Source: Eledone cirrhosa (lineage: Eukaryota). From it: 64,000 nucleotides of DNA. Where the stretch lies: positions 221,216,001 to 221,280,000 of the forward strand of contig OZ024741.1 in the NCBI GenBank assembly GCA_964016885.1, read 5' to 3'. A model generated the notes under the pieces. The model made no database searches, was not told the DNA's origin, and worked only from the letters and a program-made list of their open reading frames with translations. Shown piece after piece: positions 38,441 to 50,203 of this stretch. The stretch's first letter is position 1. Each line of letters opens with the position of its first letter. Both the position numbers and the translations under genes were made by a program.

Positions 38441-41400
38441 CTACAGGATGGTATACAGAGAAGGCCCATTTACACGAGCCATTCTCGCCACTATCACCCA
38501 CCTTTCATAAAACTGCCTGTGGCCAAGCACCTCTCTCTCCATTCTTATCCTTCTTCCGAAGTGATATCGGAAGAAGTAGACCAGACTATGGCCAGAGAGG
38601 AAGTTGCCTGACCTCAGACCTTTCAATCGTGTCCACCAAACAACCTCTTTCAACATGGCTATTACGCACAGAAAAACCGCCTTTGCTTCCTTTGTGAAGA
38701 GGGGAGGCGGTTTGATTGTCATCACGGACTCGGCTGTCAATTTAATCGGCGCCACCCGCGACAGCAGTTGTTCGGCGTAGCCCCACAGATCAGCCACGCC
38801 CGGACATTGCACCAATGCGTGCGCCACGGTTTCTTCGTGACGCACGCATCTAGGGCAAATCTTTTTTGAGGGATCCCTGCCCGGGCGCCCGTGTCTGTAG
38901 AGCCTCTCTCGAACGGGTAGAGCCCCTCGGTAGCACTGCCAGGCCAGTGACTTCTGGAAGTTGTCCATTGGTCCTGGGCCGAAAGTCCTACCGAACAGGC
39001 TGGCCAGTTCGTCTTCTTCCATGTCCAGCGACTCTCCAAGGGTGTCATCGCCCCTGCTAGCCACCAGCCCTCTATAGAATGATGAGGTGGATTCTCCACC
39101 GATGGCCCGGCCCGCTTGCCAGAGAGCCCTGAGCGCCTGAGCACACTCAGTGTGCCAGTCTCCCAGTTTTCCGGATCTTTGCTTGACCCAGGACTGTAGC
39201 TCGGTGAGTGAGACGAGTCTCGGAAAGGCTCGTTTCACGAACGGAGCCCACACCGGTTGACCAGTGAGGAATACCTGTAGGTGCCGTAGCCTTAATGCGT
39301 GCCTACGCATCATCAACCACGGCATCCCCAGCCCTCCTTTCGAAGGTTGTTGGCAGCAGATGGATCTTCTCACCATAGGAGGACGCTTCTTCCAAAGAAA
39401 TTGGAAGAGCATGCGTTCCATGGTGGTGAGTGTTTCCTTAGGGCAAGGCACGACAGTCAGGCGGTAGTAAGTGACGGACGCTATGTAAATGTTCGCCACC
39501 TCCGCCCGGCCTTTTAGGGACAGCTTACACTTGGCCCATTTCTGGGTTAGTGCAAACACCTTGTTCGTAACCTCGTTCCAGTTCTTTTCCACCTGGAGGT
39601 CCGGTCCAAACCAGACCCCAAGCAACTTTACCGGGCCCTCCGTCCAGTGTCCGACGACACCATCGGGAGGCATCGGTCTGCCTCTCCACGTTCCGAGTTG
39701 CAGCCCGATGGATTTTTCCCGGTTCAGTTTCGCTCCTGACAACCTTTCGTACTCCTCCAGTAAGGTACCGATCGCCTCGATCTCCGAGTCGGTTGATACC
39801 ATTACTGTTACGTCATCGGCGTAGGCCGACACCGCTTTGCTCAATCCTGGTTCCAGGGGGATACCCTGCAACAACTCCAACTTCCTCAGTAAAGGCTCGA
39901 GAGTCAATACGTACAGAAGGGAGGAGAGAGGGCACCCCTGTCGAATGGATCGTGTGATTTCGAACGGCTTCGAAAGGTAGCCGTTCACCTTGATCCTAGA
40001 ACAGATGTGGTTGCTATGTAGGGCAGTGATCCAGCCTCTGAAAACAGGACCGAACCCAGCCGCCGCTAGCACCGCATCCAGGTAACCATGGTCGACCCTA
40101 TCGAATGCCTTAGACTGATCCAAGTTGATCAGGGCCCCACCGAAGCCGGGTTTGTTGCCAACTCTCTCTATGATGTATCGCATGAGGTGGAGGTTATCGT
40201 GAATGGACCTGGATGGGATAGCACATGTCTGCGCATCTCCCACCAGGCCACCCACGACAAGCGCCAACCTCTTTGCTAACACCTTGGCCAAAATCTTTAA
40301 CTCTGTGTTTAGCAGGGTTATGGGCCGAAAATTATTTATACTATCCCCCTTGTTCTCGTCCTTCCTCACCAGCGTGACTACGCCCTTGGCTACAGAACAA
40401 GGAATTCTCCCGTTCTGCTGCCAATTGCAGTAGACCGCTTCGAGGAGTTCGGAGAAGAAGACCGGCATTGCTAAATAAAGTTCGTAAGGTATACCATCGA
40501 GACCTGGAGATTTGCGTCTGCTGCATTGGCTCAGCGCATCTCCGATCTCATCAGCCGAGATTGGTCCCTCGCAGGACTCTGCCTCTTTGCTCGAGAGACG
40601 CGGCAGGCCGTCGAGGTATGGACCGAAATCCACGCCCCGGCCCGGACCCTCGCCTCCCCCGAACAATCGGGCAAAGTGCTTTTGAAAGGCCTCGCACATC
40701 TGCTTAGGCTCCCGGATCACTCGTCCATCTTCGTCTTGCAACGACCGGATGGTGGATCGATTTCCACTTTTAGCTTCTGTCACGCGGGCCCATCCAACGG
40801 CTTTGGCCCCCTCATTACCTAGAGCACGTATTTTACTTCGAATGACGCAGCCTTCATGCTTTGCATCGAAAAACTGGTTCAAGGCCGTCCTCGATGCCAG
40901 CACTCTGGCCACATCTTCGCTCTTGATTGCCTCTTCTAATTTACCTGTTAATTCTTTCTCGTTTCTATTCCTATTGGCAGCTAACATCTTGCTATAACTT
41001 ATTGATTCTGTTCTAATCTCTCTTTTGAGAGATGCCCACCATCGGTTGTTGACGATTGCACCCGTCAACCTCTCCTTAACTAATCTGCTAATCCGGTTTC
41101 TGTAAGTCTCTTTTGCCGGTAAAGACAAATTAAGTTTCCAGTAACCGGGACCCTGTCTATGTGTTTTCTCGAGATTGACCACGCAGGTCACTAATTTGTG
41201 ATCCGTGTAGCCAACCGTGCGCATTTCTGGACAGCTTAATATGTCCCTATCCTTACTTCTAACTAAGAATCTATCTAAGTACGATCTAGATTGACCACTG
41301 TGGTTTCTCCAAGTCCAGGTAGGCACAGTTGGAAAATCTAGTCGATATCTATCGACCAAGTTAAAACGGTCGAGTAACCCCTTGAGGCTGTTACACCCCC

Positions 41401-41878
41401 CTCTATTAGGACATGCTCCTGCATAGTCCCAACGTGCATCCAGGATGTCATTCCAATCCCCCGCTAGAAGCAGGGAACGCGACGTTCCCAGAAAAGTCTC
41501 CAAACGCTGGAAGAAGTCGGGCCGTTCAGCTCCGAAAGGGGAGTAGACGGCGACCAGTCTCAAGGCCGCACTTTCACTACTGCCAACGTCTAGCACCAAC
41601 AAACGACCCTCCGGGTCCGAGTGCACAACCTGTACGGCAAGACCCAGGTGTTTTTGCAGCAGCACGACAACCCCACCCCCACCTCCAGGTTGACAGAGAG
41701 ATGCATGCACCTCAAAGTCATCGAAGGTGGGGGCCAGCTGCCGCATGACGCTGATTCGAGTCTCACAGATAACCATTACATTTATACTACATGACCTGAG
41801 GTCATTTAGAAGCTTTGCTTGCTTCCAAGTTGAGCCCAGGCCACGTGCATTCAAACATCCTACTCTTAACACATCCAT
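38441..41878 (-). CDS. Tx1-like ORF2: APE endonuclease, reverse transcriptase and C-terminal CCHC (1145 aa, intact)
   Basis: LNARGL, ICET, GDWN, SYLDRFL, TDH; KSPGLDG, FRPITLLN, DQSKAFDRV, IRQGCPLS, YADD; CPRC..EETVAHALVQC. Confidence 0.97.
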   Translation of the reverse strand: MDVLRVGCLNARGLGSTWKQAKLLNDLRSCSINVMVICETRISVMRQLAPTFDDFEVHASLCQPGGGGGVVVLLQKHLGLAVQVVHSDPEGRLLVLDVGSSESAALRLVAVYSPFGAERPDFFQRLETFLGTSRSLLLAGDWNDILDARWDYAGACPNRGGCNSLKGLLDRFNLVDRYRLDFPTVPTWTWRNHSGQSRSYLDRFLVRSKDRDILSCPEMRTVGYTDHKLVTCVVNLEKTHRQGPGYWKLNLSLPAKETYRNRISRLVKERLTGAIVNNRWWASLKREIRTESISYSKMLAANRNRNEKELTGKLEEAIKSEDVARVLASRTALNQFFDAKHEGCVIRSKIRALGNEGAKAVGWARVTEAKSGNRSTIRSLQDEDGRVIREPKQMCEAFQKHFARLFGGGEGPGRGVDFGPYLDGLPRLSSKEAESCEGPISADEIGDALSQCSRRKSPGLDGIPYELYLAMPVFFSELLEAVYCNWQQNGRIPCSVAKGVVTLVRKDENKGDSINNFRPITLLNTELKILAKVLAKRLALVVGGLVGDAQTCAIPSRSIHDNLHLMRYIIERVGNKPGFGGALINLDQSKAFDRVDHGYLDAVLAAAGFGPVFRGWITALHSNHICSRIKVNGYLSKPFEITRSIRQGCPLSSLLYVLTLEPLLRKLELLQGIPLEPGLSKAVSAYADDVTVMVSTDSEIEAIGTLLEEYERLSGAKLNREKSIGLQLGTWRGRPMPPDGVVGHWTEGPVKLLGVWFGPDLQVEKNWNEVTNKVFALTQKWAKCKLSLKGRAEVANIYIASVTYYRLTVVPCPKETLTTMERMLFQFLWKKRPPMVRRSICCQQPSKGGLGMPWLMMRRHALRLRHLQVFLTGQPVWAPFVKRAFPRLVSLTELQSWVKQRSGKLGDWHTECAQALRALWQAGRAIGGESTSSFYRGLVASRGDDTLGESLDMEEDELASLFGRTFGPGPMDNFQKSLAWQCYRGALPVRERLYRHGRPGRDPSKKICPRCVRHEETVAHALVQCPGVADLWGYAEQLLSRVAPIKLTAESVMTIKPPPLFTKEAKAVFLCVIAMLKEVVWWTRLKGLRSGNFLSGHSLVYFFRYHFGRRIRMEREVLGHRQFYERWVIVARMARVNGPSLYTIL

Positions 41879-41911
41879 GTGGGCGGCAGAGCCAAAGGAG
41901 AGTGTAGAGAC

Positions 41912-43789
41912 CTACCTTTCCGCTTCCCGGGGTTCGGGTTGCACGACTTCCATGGGGTCGGGGGTGTTGGGTGAAGGGGTGTCTTGTGGTGGTGTGGGGT
42001 CGTCGGTGTGTGGTGGGGTTGGGGTGTTTGGAGTTGTGTTGGGGAGGGGAAGGGGAGGGGGAAAGCTTTTTAGTAGGACGCGGTTTATGGGTTTGACAGA
42101 GGGTGGTCCTACGTCCTCCTTAAAATCCTTTTTTAGTTTTTGGTAGAGGTTCATTGGGATTTTTATTAGTTTTAAATGTGGGTGGTTTTCTGAAGAAACA
42201 AAGTTTACACCTTCGGTTTGTACCGAAGGATTATTGTATATGAGTTCATTTAATTTATTATTGTTTCTGTTGATGTAAGTATAGTGTAGTGTCTTTTTTT
42301 CCGATGGTGTGAGTGTTTCGAAGAGGGGAGGGGCAGGTTTGGTTTTGTTTGTTGCTGGAGGGGTGTTTTCTGTTTTGTTAGATTGTGTTGCGATTTGGGT
42401 GGGGGTTGTTTGTCCTTGTGTGTTTTGCACATGTTTTCTTTTTTTCCTTTTAATCTGTCTGAAGGACTCCGTTTCTTCCTCCGAATTCGTTGGGTTATCT
42501 TCAGTGTTGGAGGGAAGAGGTATGTTTGCTGGTAATGTTTCCGTGTTGGTTTTCTTTGTGGGGGAGATGGATGTCACTATGTTAGACTGTGTTGTGTGTT
42601 GTGTCTGCGGTGGTTGTGTTGTTTTATTGAGTGAGAGGTTGGGTGGGCCTGTATTTTGTTTTGGGGTAATGTGTTGTGACTGTTTGTGTTGTGGTGGTGT
42701 TGTGGTGTTATTGAGGGACGGGTTGGGTGGGACTGAGTTTTGTTGTTTGTTTATCTGTTGTGGTGGTGGTGGTGGAGCTGGTGTTGGTAGCAGGGTTTTC
42801 TTTTTGTTGAGTTGGGGACAAGCGGCCTTCAGGTGCCCTCTGCCTGCACAGATATGGCAGGACGGCCTTCTCCCCTCCACGCTAATGTTTATATACCCGT
42901 GGTCCTCTAATAGGATTCTGTCGGGTATTTGGGCGATGCGTTCAGGCTTCATTTGTACTACCAGCTCTATACCTGTTCCACTGAACGCATTGCCTGTGGT
43001 TTTCCCAATGGAAATCACGTTGTCATTCACTGGATCGATGAAGCCAGCTATGAGCCAGCAGTAGTCCACATCTGGCATCATTGCATCCAGCCATATGCGT
43101 TGAGTTTTTTTCCCCATATAAGATGGATAAAAGGTGAAATTTTTCGAACGAATCGGTGACAAAGCACATTTTTTTGCCGCCGATTCGTTCTTCATGATAA
43201 TTGCTAGGCTTCCATACAGTCTGTCTTTTCTTATGAAAGTTGTTTCATTCAGTACTTCTGCGAGTACTGTTTTGATATCTGCTTGAGAAGGCTGTTCAGG
43301 TTTTTTTGTACTGTTGTTGATGGTCCGAAACTTGACCGTTCGGCTTTCAATGTCTTTCGTGAATTCTTGAGGCATTTTTACCAATAAAATACCATTCTCA
43401 CCTTCACTTATGTATTGTTTTGCGTCCGTGATCCTTCGTACCACATCTGAAATGTTTTCCGCTATATAAGTCAAAGATTTCTTTGTTTTCTGTGCAAATG
43501 AAGTCTTGTCGTCTGCTTTGTTTTCTGATATTATGTTATTTTCAACTGTTATTTTTTTGTTTGTTGTGTCTTTGTTTGTGTTATTAGTATTGTCATGCAA
43601 TTTTTCAAATTTTTTTTCTTCGTTGTTTTCGACATTTAATTTTTTCTCCGCAGATTCGTCCGTTTTTATTTTCATTTTTCCTTCCTTCTCTATGACGTTA
43701 GTTGGGAAGGAAGGGAGGACTAAAGCGTGCGAGCTTACAACTCTTACCGCTGTCCCCCCACCACTATTTTCGTTCGCTGCGTTTAACAT
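41912..43789 (-). CDS. Tx1-like ORF1, gag-like nucleic-acid-binding protein (625 aa, intact)
   Basis: Zinc knuckle CHICAGRGHLKAAC, Pro/Thr-rich low-complexity tail, KRKKRK; ends 33 nt upstream of ORF2. Confidence 0.9.
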   Translation of the reverse strand: MLNAANENSGGGTAVRVVSSHALVLPSFPTNVIEKEGKMKIKTDESAEKKLNVENNEEKKFEKLHDNTNNTNKDTTNKKITVENNIISENKADDKTSFAQKTKKSLTYIAENISDVVRRITDAKQYISEGENGILLVKMPQEFTKDIESRTVKFRTINNSTKKPEQPSQADIKTVLAEVLNETTFIRKDRLYGSLAIIMKNESAAKKCALSPIRSKNFTFYPSYMGKKTQRIWLDAMMPDVDYCWLIAGFIDPVNDNVISIGKTTGNAFSGTGIELVVQMKPERIAQIPDRILLEDHGYINISVEGRRPSCHICAGRGHLKAACPQLNKKKTLLPTPAPPPPPQQINKQQNSVPPNPSLNNTTTPPQHKQSQHITPKQNTGPPNLSLNKTTQPPQTQHTTQSNIVTSISPTKKTNTETLPANIPLPSNTEDNPTNSEEETESFRQIKRKKRKHVQNTQGQTTPTQIATQSNKTENTPPATNKTKPAPPLFETLTPSEKKTLHYTYINRNNNKLNELIYNNPSVQTEGVNFVSSENHPHLKLIKIPMNLYQKLKKDFKEDVGPPSVKPINRVLLKSFPPPLPLPNTTPNTPTPPHTDDPTPPQDTPSPNTPDPMEVVQPEPREAER

Positions 43790-44031
43790 TTCTGTTAGAC
43801 GATTGAAATTTTTTACACAAAATTTTTTTTTAAAACAGGTTTTTCGCCTCTAGGAGGGGTAAAGATGAGCTGACCCACCGCCTGACAGTTCAGACGGAGG
43901 GTCAAGCTACACAATTGTATCAAAATTAAGTTTGAACTCACAAAATTTCCTCAATAAATTTGAACAAAACTTCTGTGCGAAGTGAATGACATCCACACTG
44001 TAGAACAGACGACAGCTAGATTAAGGGGCTG

Positions 44032-44075
<44 letters not shown>

Positions 44076-44290
44076 CAACAGACAGACAGGTAGATAGATA
44101 GATCGATAGATAGACAGATAGGTAGATAGATAGACAGGCAGGTATATAGGTAGAGAGATATCGAAACCAATATTAATTAATAAGATTGGACAGTTGGCTT
44201 TCACTCAAAGTATTGAATCTCTCTGTTGTACTGTTAACGATGGCACAGTTGGGTGTCATCTCTCTGGCCTGGGAAACTAACACACACATA

Positions 44291-44443
<153 letters not shown>

Positions 44444-44446
44444 GAA

Positions 44447-44483
<37 letters not shown>

Positions 44484-44498
44484 GTATATATATATATG

Positions 44499-44554
<56 letters not shown>

Positions 44555-45579
44555 CTTACATACATATATACATATATAATTACATACACACATACATACA
44601 CACACATATTTTGAATGTCAGCATACTGGGGTGTGAAACTAACATACACAGATATATATTCATACACATATACAATCATATATACAGACATACATACATA
44701 CTTACACACATGCACATACATACATACTTACACACATGCACATACATACATGCATCCATACACATGCACATACACATACGTTCATATACGTTCATACACA
44801 CTCATGCACATACACATACATGCATTCAAACACACATGCACATACATACATTCATACACACATGCACGTATACACACATACATTCATACACACATGCACA
44901 TGCACGTATACATACATTCATACACGCATGCACATACACATACATACATTCATGCACACATGCACATACATGTATTCATACATTCATACACACACACTCA
45001 ATTTCAATGTCATTATGCTGGGGTGTGAAACTAACACTCACACACATTCATATATGCATACACTCACACATTCATACACACACACATGCATTCACATATG
45101 GACGCACATACATTCATACTCACATGCACACATTCACATATGTACGCACGCACACATTCATACACACACACACACATAGGCATATACATTCATACTCACA
45201 CACACATTCATATAAGCATACACACACACACACATTGATATGTACACACAAATATACATACATTCATACATTCATACTTACACACACACACATTCATATA
45301 TGCATGCACACACACATATTCATACACACACACATTCATACACACACATGCATACACACACACATACAGTTTGACTTTGAGAAGAAGAGAGAGAAGATCA
45401 AGAAGGAGAGAGAAGGAAAGAAAGAAGGAAATCCTATAATAATTTAATAGCATGTTGATTTAATTCTAACCCTAATTAAGGGGCAAGTTAATTAATTCTA
45501 TTGAGGCCAACTTAATTAATTTGGAGCTTATATATATACATATATTCATACAATATATTTACATTTATATAAATATATA

Positions 45580-46303
45580 TCATCATCATCATCGTTTAAC
45601 ATCTGTCTTCCATGCTAGCATGGGTTAGACAGGAGTTGTCCCACTTGAGGCCAGGCTGGTCAGGTGACCGTGTCTCGCTCGTATAGGACTATCTGGCAGG
45701 TTTTCTATGGCTGGATGCCCTTCCTAACACAACCACGTTTACAGTGTGGAACTGGGAACTTTTTACCGTGTTACCTACACGGCCACATTACAGCATGGAC
45801 TGTGTGGTTTTTTTGTTGTGACACCTACACGATCTCGATCTGATTATCTCATTAATTTGGACTGGATGTTGTGGTACCAACTTTACAGAGAAAGGGTGGT
45901 GTTGGTTGGAGTGGGAGGATAGGGTAGGGGTGGTGGGTTGGGGTGTATATTTGGTTAAGAGGTGCCTACTGACTCTAGGTTTCGCTTTGTACATAGGCAA
46001 GGCGGGTCTTCTGTATTACTGCATGGCCCCAAAGATCTCGGTCCAGTGACATTGTCTTAGAGAGGTGCAAGTGTGTAAGGTCGGAATTTATCAAATCATC
46101 CCAGGTTTTTCTGGGTCTACCTACTCCGTAACTTCCATCAATTTTGATCGCCCTGCACTTTCTTATACAGCTGTCATCTTTCATGCGCATCACGTGACCA
46201 TACCAACGTAGTCTTCTCTCAAGTAAACAGCATCTGATCCCTCTTATTCCTAATTTCTCACTTAGTTCATTTATATTTTGCCATTTGCGTATATTGCTAT
46301 TAC
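45580..46303 (-). mobile_element. RTE LINE 3' fragment, family A-related
   Basis: MRMKDDSCIRKCRAIKIDG..GRPRKTW, plus 3' UTR and (GAT)n. Confidence 0.88.
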
Positions 46304-46508
46304 ATATACATATACATTATATAATATATATATAATATAATATTATATATTGTTATATATAATAATATAATATTATATATAATAATACAATATTATATAA
46401 TTATATATAATAATATAATATTATATAATATTATATAATATTATATAATGTTATAGATAATAATATAATATTATATATAATAATATAATATTATATAATA
46501 ATATATAT

Positions 46509-46556
46509 AATAATTGTTCCTACTTTAGCCTTGTGGCTAAAGTAGGAACAATTATT
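46509..46556. repeat. Perfect 22-bp hairpin made from the SINE family 2 3' end
   Basis: aataattgttcctactttagcc-ttgt-ggctaaagtaggaacaattatt. Confidence 0.85.
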
Positions 46557-46627
46557 TATATATTATATTATATATATTTATATTATTACTATAATATAAT
46601 ATAAATATATATTATATAATATATAAA

Positions 46628-47022
46628 TAATTGTTCCTACTTTAGGCACAAGGCCAGCAATTATCCCAGTACATTACTGGTGCTTTATTTTATCGACCGC
46701 GCAAGGATGAAAGGCAAAGTTAGCCCCGGCGGGATTTGAACTCAGATCGTAAAGGGACGGAACTATGCTGGAAAGCATGGCGTCCGACCCTCCACCGATA
46801 CTGCCAATCCACCGCCCTTAAATATATAAATAATTGTTTCTACTTTAGGCACAAGGCCAGCAATTACCCAGTGCGTTACTGGTACTTTATTTTATCGACC
46901 CCGTAAGGATGAAAGGCAAAGTCAACCTCGGCGGGATTTGAACTCAGATCGTAAAGGGACGTAACTATGCTGGAAAGCATGGTGTCCGACCCTCCACCGA
47001 TACTGCCAATCCACCGCCCTTA
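46628..47022 (-). mobile_element. Tandem pair of young SINE family 2 copies
   Basis: Two ~195-bp near-identical units, each followed by ccttaaatatataaataat. Confidence 0.9.
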
Positions 47023-47072
47023 AATATATAAATAATACAATATATATATACATATATTATATAATATCTCTC

Positions 47073-47191
47073 ATAAGAACAGATTAAATTTTAAGCAAAG
47101 AATCGCGGCTTTCACCCTTAACGGAATCTTCTGAAAGTTCCGTTATGGGTGAAAGCAGCGATTCTTTGCTTAAACTTTAATCTGTTCTTAT
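47073..47191. repeat. ~53-bp-arm hairpin derived from the Helitron internal repeat
   Basis: Left arm matches ~17380-17437; right arm is its reverse complement. Confidence 0.85.
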
Positions 47192-47414
47192 AATAAATAT
47201 TTGCTCTACGGGTTTTTATATATATATATTTATATATATATATATATAGAATCGATATCGAGCCCTCTTCTGATTTTAGTCCTCACATTTATTATATAAT
47301 ATATATACATTATATAATAAATGTGAGGACTAAAATCCTAGCGTGGAAGATGGATGTTAAACGAAGATGATGATGATGATGATGATATATATATTATATA
47401 ATATATATATATAC

Positions 47415-47628
47415 AATGATTTCTACTATAGGCACAAGACTAGAAATTTCGGGGGATGGGAAAGTCGATTAAATCAACCCCAGTGCATTACTGGTACTTT
47501 ATTTTATCGACCCTGTAAGGATGAACGGCAAAGTTAACCTTGGTGGGATTTGAACTCAGAACGTAAAGGGTCATAACTCTATGCTGTAAAGCATGGTGTC
47601 TGAGGCTCTACTGATACTGCCAATCCAT
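47415..47628 (-). mobile_element. SINE family 2 copy
   Basis: Reverse complement of the 5566-5796 type. Confidence 0.85.
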
Positions 47629-47975
47629 ATTTATATATATATACAGATAGAGAGAGAGGGGTATGTTTATATATATAATAGAAAGAGAGCGGTATATATA
47701 TATGTATATATATGCATGTAGAGAGAGTAAGTCTTAGATGTAAATGTATAAGGCTGAGTTATAGCTGTATGTTTTTGAAGATTTCTCTGCAGCCAAGTAG
47801 TTTTGGCTTTGATCCAGTTGACCTAGACCTTAGGCAAGTCTTTCTTACTGCAGCCATTGTTGACCAATACCATGAGACTGCTATTTCCTAACTGGAAACT
47901 CTGCAAAAGCATGACATGTACGCACATGTTTATATGTATATACAGTATACATGTATATAAATATATATAAATATA

Positions 47976-49706
47976 CTCTTTTCATAGTACGACAACTACA
48001 GGAGAAGTACCTAGCTAAAGGTAAACCCCTCTACTTAGCTTTTGTCGACTTGGAGAAAGCCTTCGACAGAGTCCCCCGCTCCATTATCTGGTGGGCTCTT
48101 AGAAAACTAGGCGTTGACGAATGGCTTGTGAGGGCTATACAAGCCATGTATAAAGAAACAGTCAGCAAGGTTAGAATTAACAACGAATATAGTGAAGAGT
48201 TTAGCGTAAAAGTTGGCGTCCATCAGGGCTCTGTTCTCAGTCCACTACTATTTATTATTGCCCTTCAGGCTATAACAGAGGAGTTCAAGACAGGCTGCCC
48301 ATGGGAACTCCTATACGCAGACGACCTGACACTCATAGCGGAATCAATGGCCGAGCTAGAGAAGAAATTCCAAACATGGAAGCACGGCCTAGAGTCAAAA
48401 GGACTTAAAATTAACCTGGCTAAGACCAAAGTACTAGTTTGTAGGAAAGAAAACAAGGCGGCGGTCCCTTCTGGGAAATGGTCGTGCTCGGTGTGTAGGA
48501 AAGGCGTAGGTAGAAACTCCATTTTATGTCCTAAATGCAAAGTATGGGTGCATAAAAGATGTAGTGGGATCACAGGTAAGCTAACTAAGAACATAGATTT
48601 TACATGTGGCCGGTGCTCTGGTGCAATAAGTAGCAGCAAGTGCCCACAAACTACTAGCTCTTTCAATTGCGCAGAGGGTTCTATAGAAATAGTGGACAGC
48701 TTCCGTTACCTGGGCGATAAAATCAGCAGTGGGGGAGGGTGCTCTGAAAGTACTGTAGCTAGAGTCAGAACTGGTTGGAAAAAGTTCAGAGAGCTTATAC
48801 CACTATTAGCTGCTAAAGGGTTCTCACTAAAAATGAAAGGCAGGTTGTACGATGCCTGCATACGAACAGCAATGCTGCATGGCAGTGAGACCTGGGCATT
48901 GTGTGCAGAGGATATACGCAGACTAGAGAGGAACGAAGCTTGCATGCTCCGCTGGATGTGTAACAGTAATATACGTGAACGGCAAAGCATAAACGAACTA
49001 AGGAAAAAATTAGAGATAAGAGGGATCAGATGTTGTTTACTCGAGAGAAGGCTACGTTGGTATGGACACGTGATGCGCATGAAAGTCGATAGCTGTATAA
49101 CAAAGTGCAGGGCAATAAAGATAGACGGTAGTCACGGAATAGGCAGACCTAGAAAAACCTGGGACGAGCTGATAAACTCCGACATCACACACTTACACCT
49201 CTCCAAGACAATGTCACTGGACCGAGACCTTTGGCGGTACTCAGTAACAGAGAAGACCCGCCTTACCTAAATATATAGTAAAACCTACTCCAGCCAGTAG
49301 GCATCTCTAACAAAATACACCCCGTCCCACCACCCCCACCCCCACCCCATCCACACCACCCCCACCCCATCCACACCACCCCCACCCCATCCACACCACC
49401 CCGTTCTATGTAAAGTTATGTTGGTGCCGCGCCATCGAGGCCGAAACAAATGAGATCGTGTAGGTGTCACGACAAAAAAACACACAGTCCACGCTGTAAT
49501 GTGGCCGTGTAGGCAACACGGTAAAAACCTCCCAGACCCACACTGTAAATGTGGTTGGTGTTAGGAAGGGCATCCAACTGTAGAAAACCTGCCAGACAGT
49601 CCTATGCGAGCAAGACAATCACTCTTGCCTCAAGTGGGACTACCCCCGTCCAAACCCATGCAAGCGTGGAACACGGACGTTAAACGTTGATGATGATGAT
49701 GATGAT
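47976..49706 (+). mobile_element. RTE LINE family A, 5'-truncated young copy (open RT frame to 49270)
   Basis: Nearly identical to ~57472-59165; (GAT)n tail; TA-rich flanks. Confidence 0.95.
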
Positions 49707-49731
49707 ATATATATATATATATAAATAATAT

Positions 49732-50073
49732 ATGGAGGCACATGGCTTAGTGGTTAGAGCATTGGCCTTGCAATCGAAAGGTTGTGAGTTCAATTCTCAG
49801 ACCGGGTGATGTGTTGTTTCCTTGCGCAAGACACTTTATTTCACATTGCTCCACTTTACTCAGCTGTAGAAATGAGATGATAGGGACTGGGGACTGGGGT
49901 CCCTATCATTCCACTGCAAAGTGGTCGTGGAGGTGCCACGGCAAAAAAGCATCCAGCAGTCACTGTAAATGAGGTTGGTGTTAGGAAGGGCATCCAGCTG
50001 TAGTAATCAAGCCAGAATCAGTTCCCGTCCCACCCTTGCAAGCAGGGAAAAGTGGATGTAAAATGATGATGAT
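49732..50073 (+). mobile_element. tRNA-derived SINE family 1 (RTE-tailed)
   Basis: A box TGGCTTAGTGG, B box GAGTTCAATTC, core, hairpin, RTE-like tail, (GAT)n. Confidence 0.92.
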
Positions 50074-50168
50074 ATATATATATCAATGAGTATAAACAAA
50101 GGTGCAGATGCAAGTAGTAGATTTGCATCCTATTGAATTTCGAGCATACATTTTTGAGGGACACCCTC

Positions 50169-50200
<32 letters not shown>

Positions 50201-50203
<3 letters not shown>

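Larger units (their letters stand above)
38227..44022 (-). mobile_element. Full-length L1/Tx1-clade LINE with ~25-bp TSD
   Basis: Two intact ORFs; TSD aag(a/g)ggctgagatagatagatagat at 38202-38226 and 44023-44047. Confidence 0.95.

Noticed and set aside
42309-43064. Antisense ORFs within LINEs (also 61537-62310, 48265-49080, 57761-58576)
   Set aside because: Shadow frames of the transposon ORFs.
47250-47275. CAGAAGAGGG (minus) as a hammerhead 5' half
   Set aside because: The core is mutated and the 3' half is absent; too weak to call.
49732-49805. SINE heads as tRNA genes
   Set aside because: Poor acceptor-stem pairing; they continue into SINE core and tail in multiple copies.
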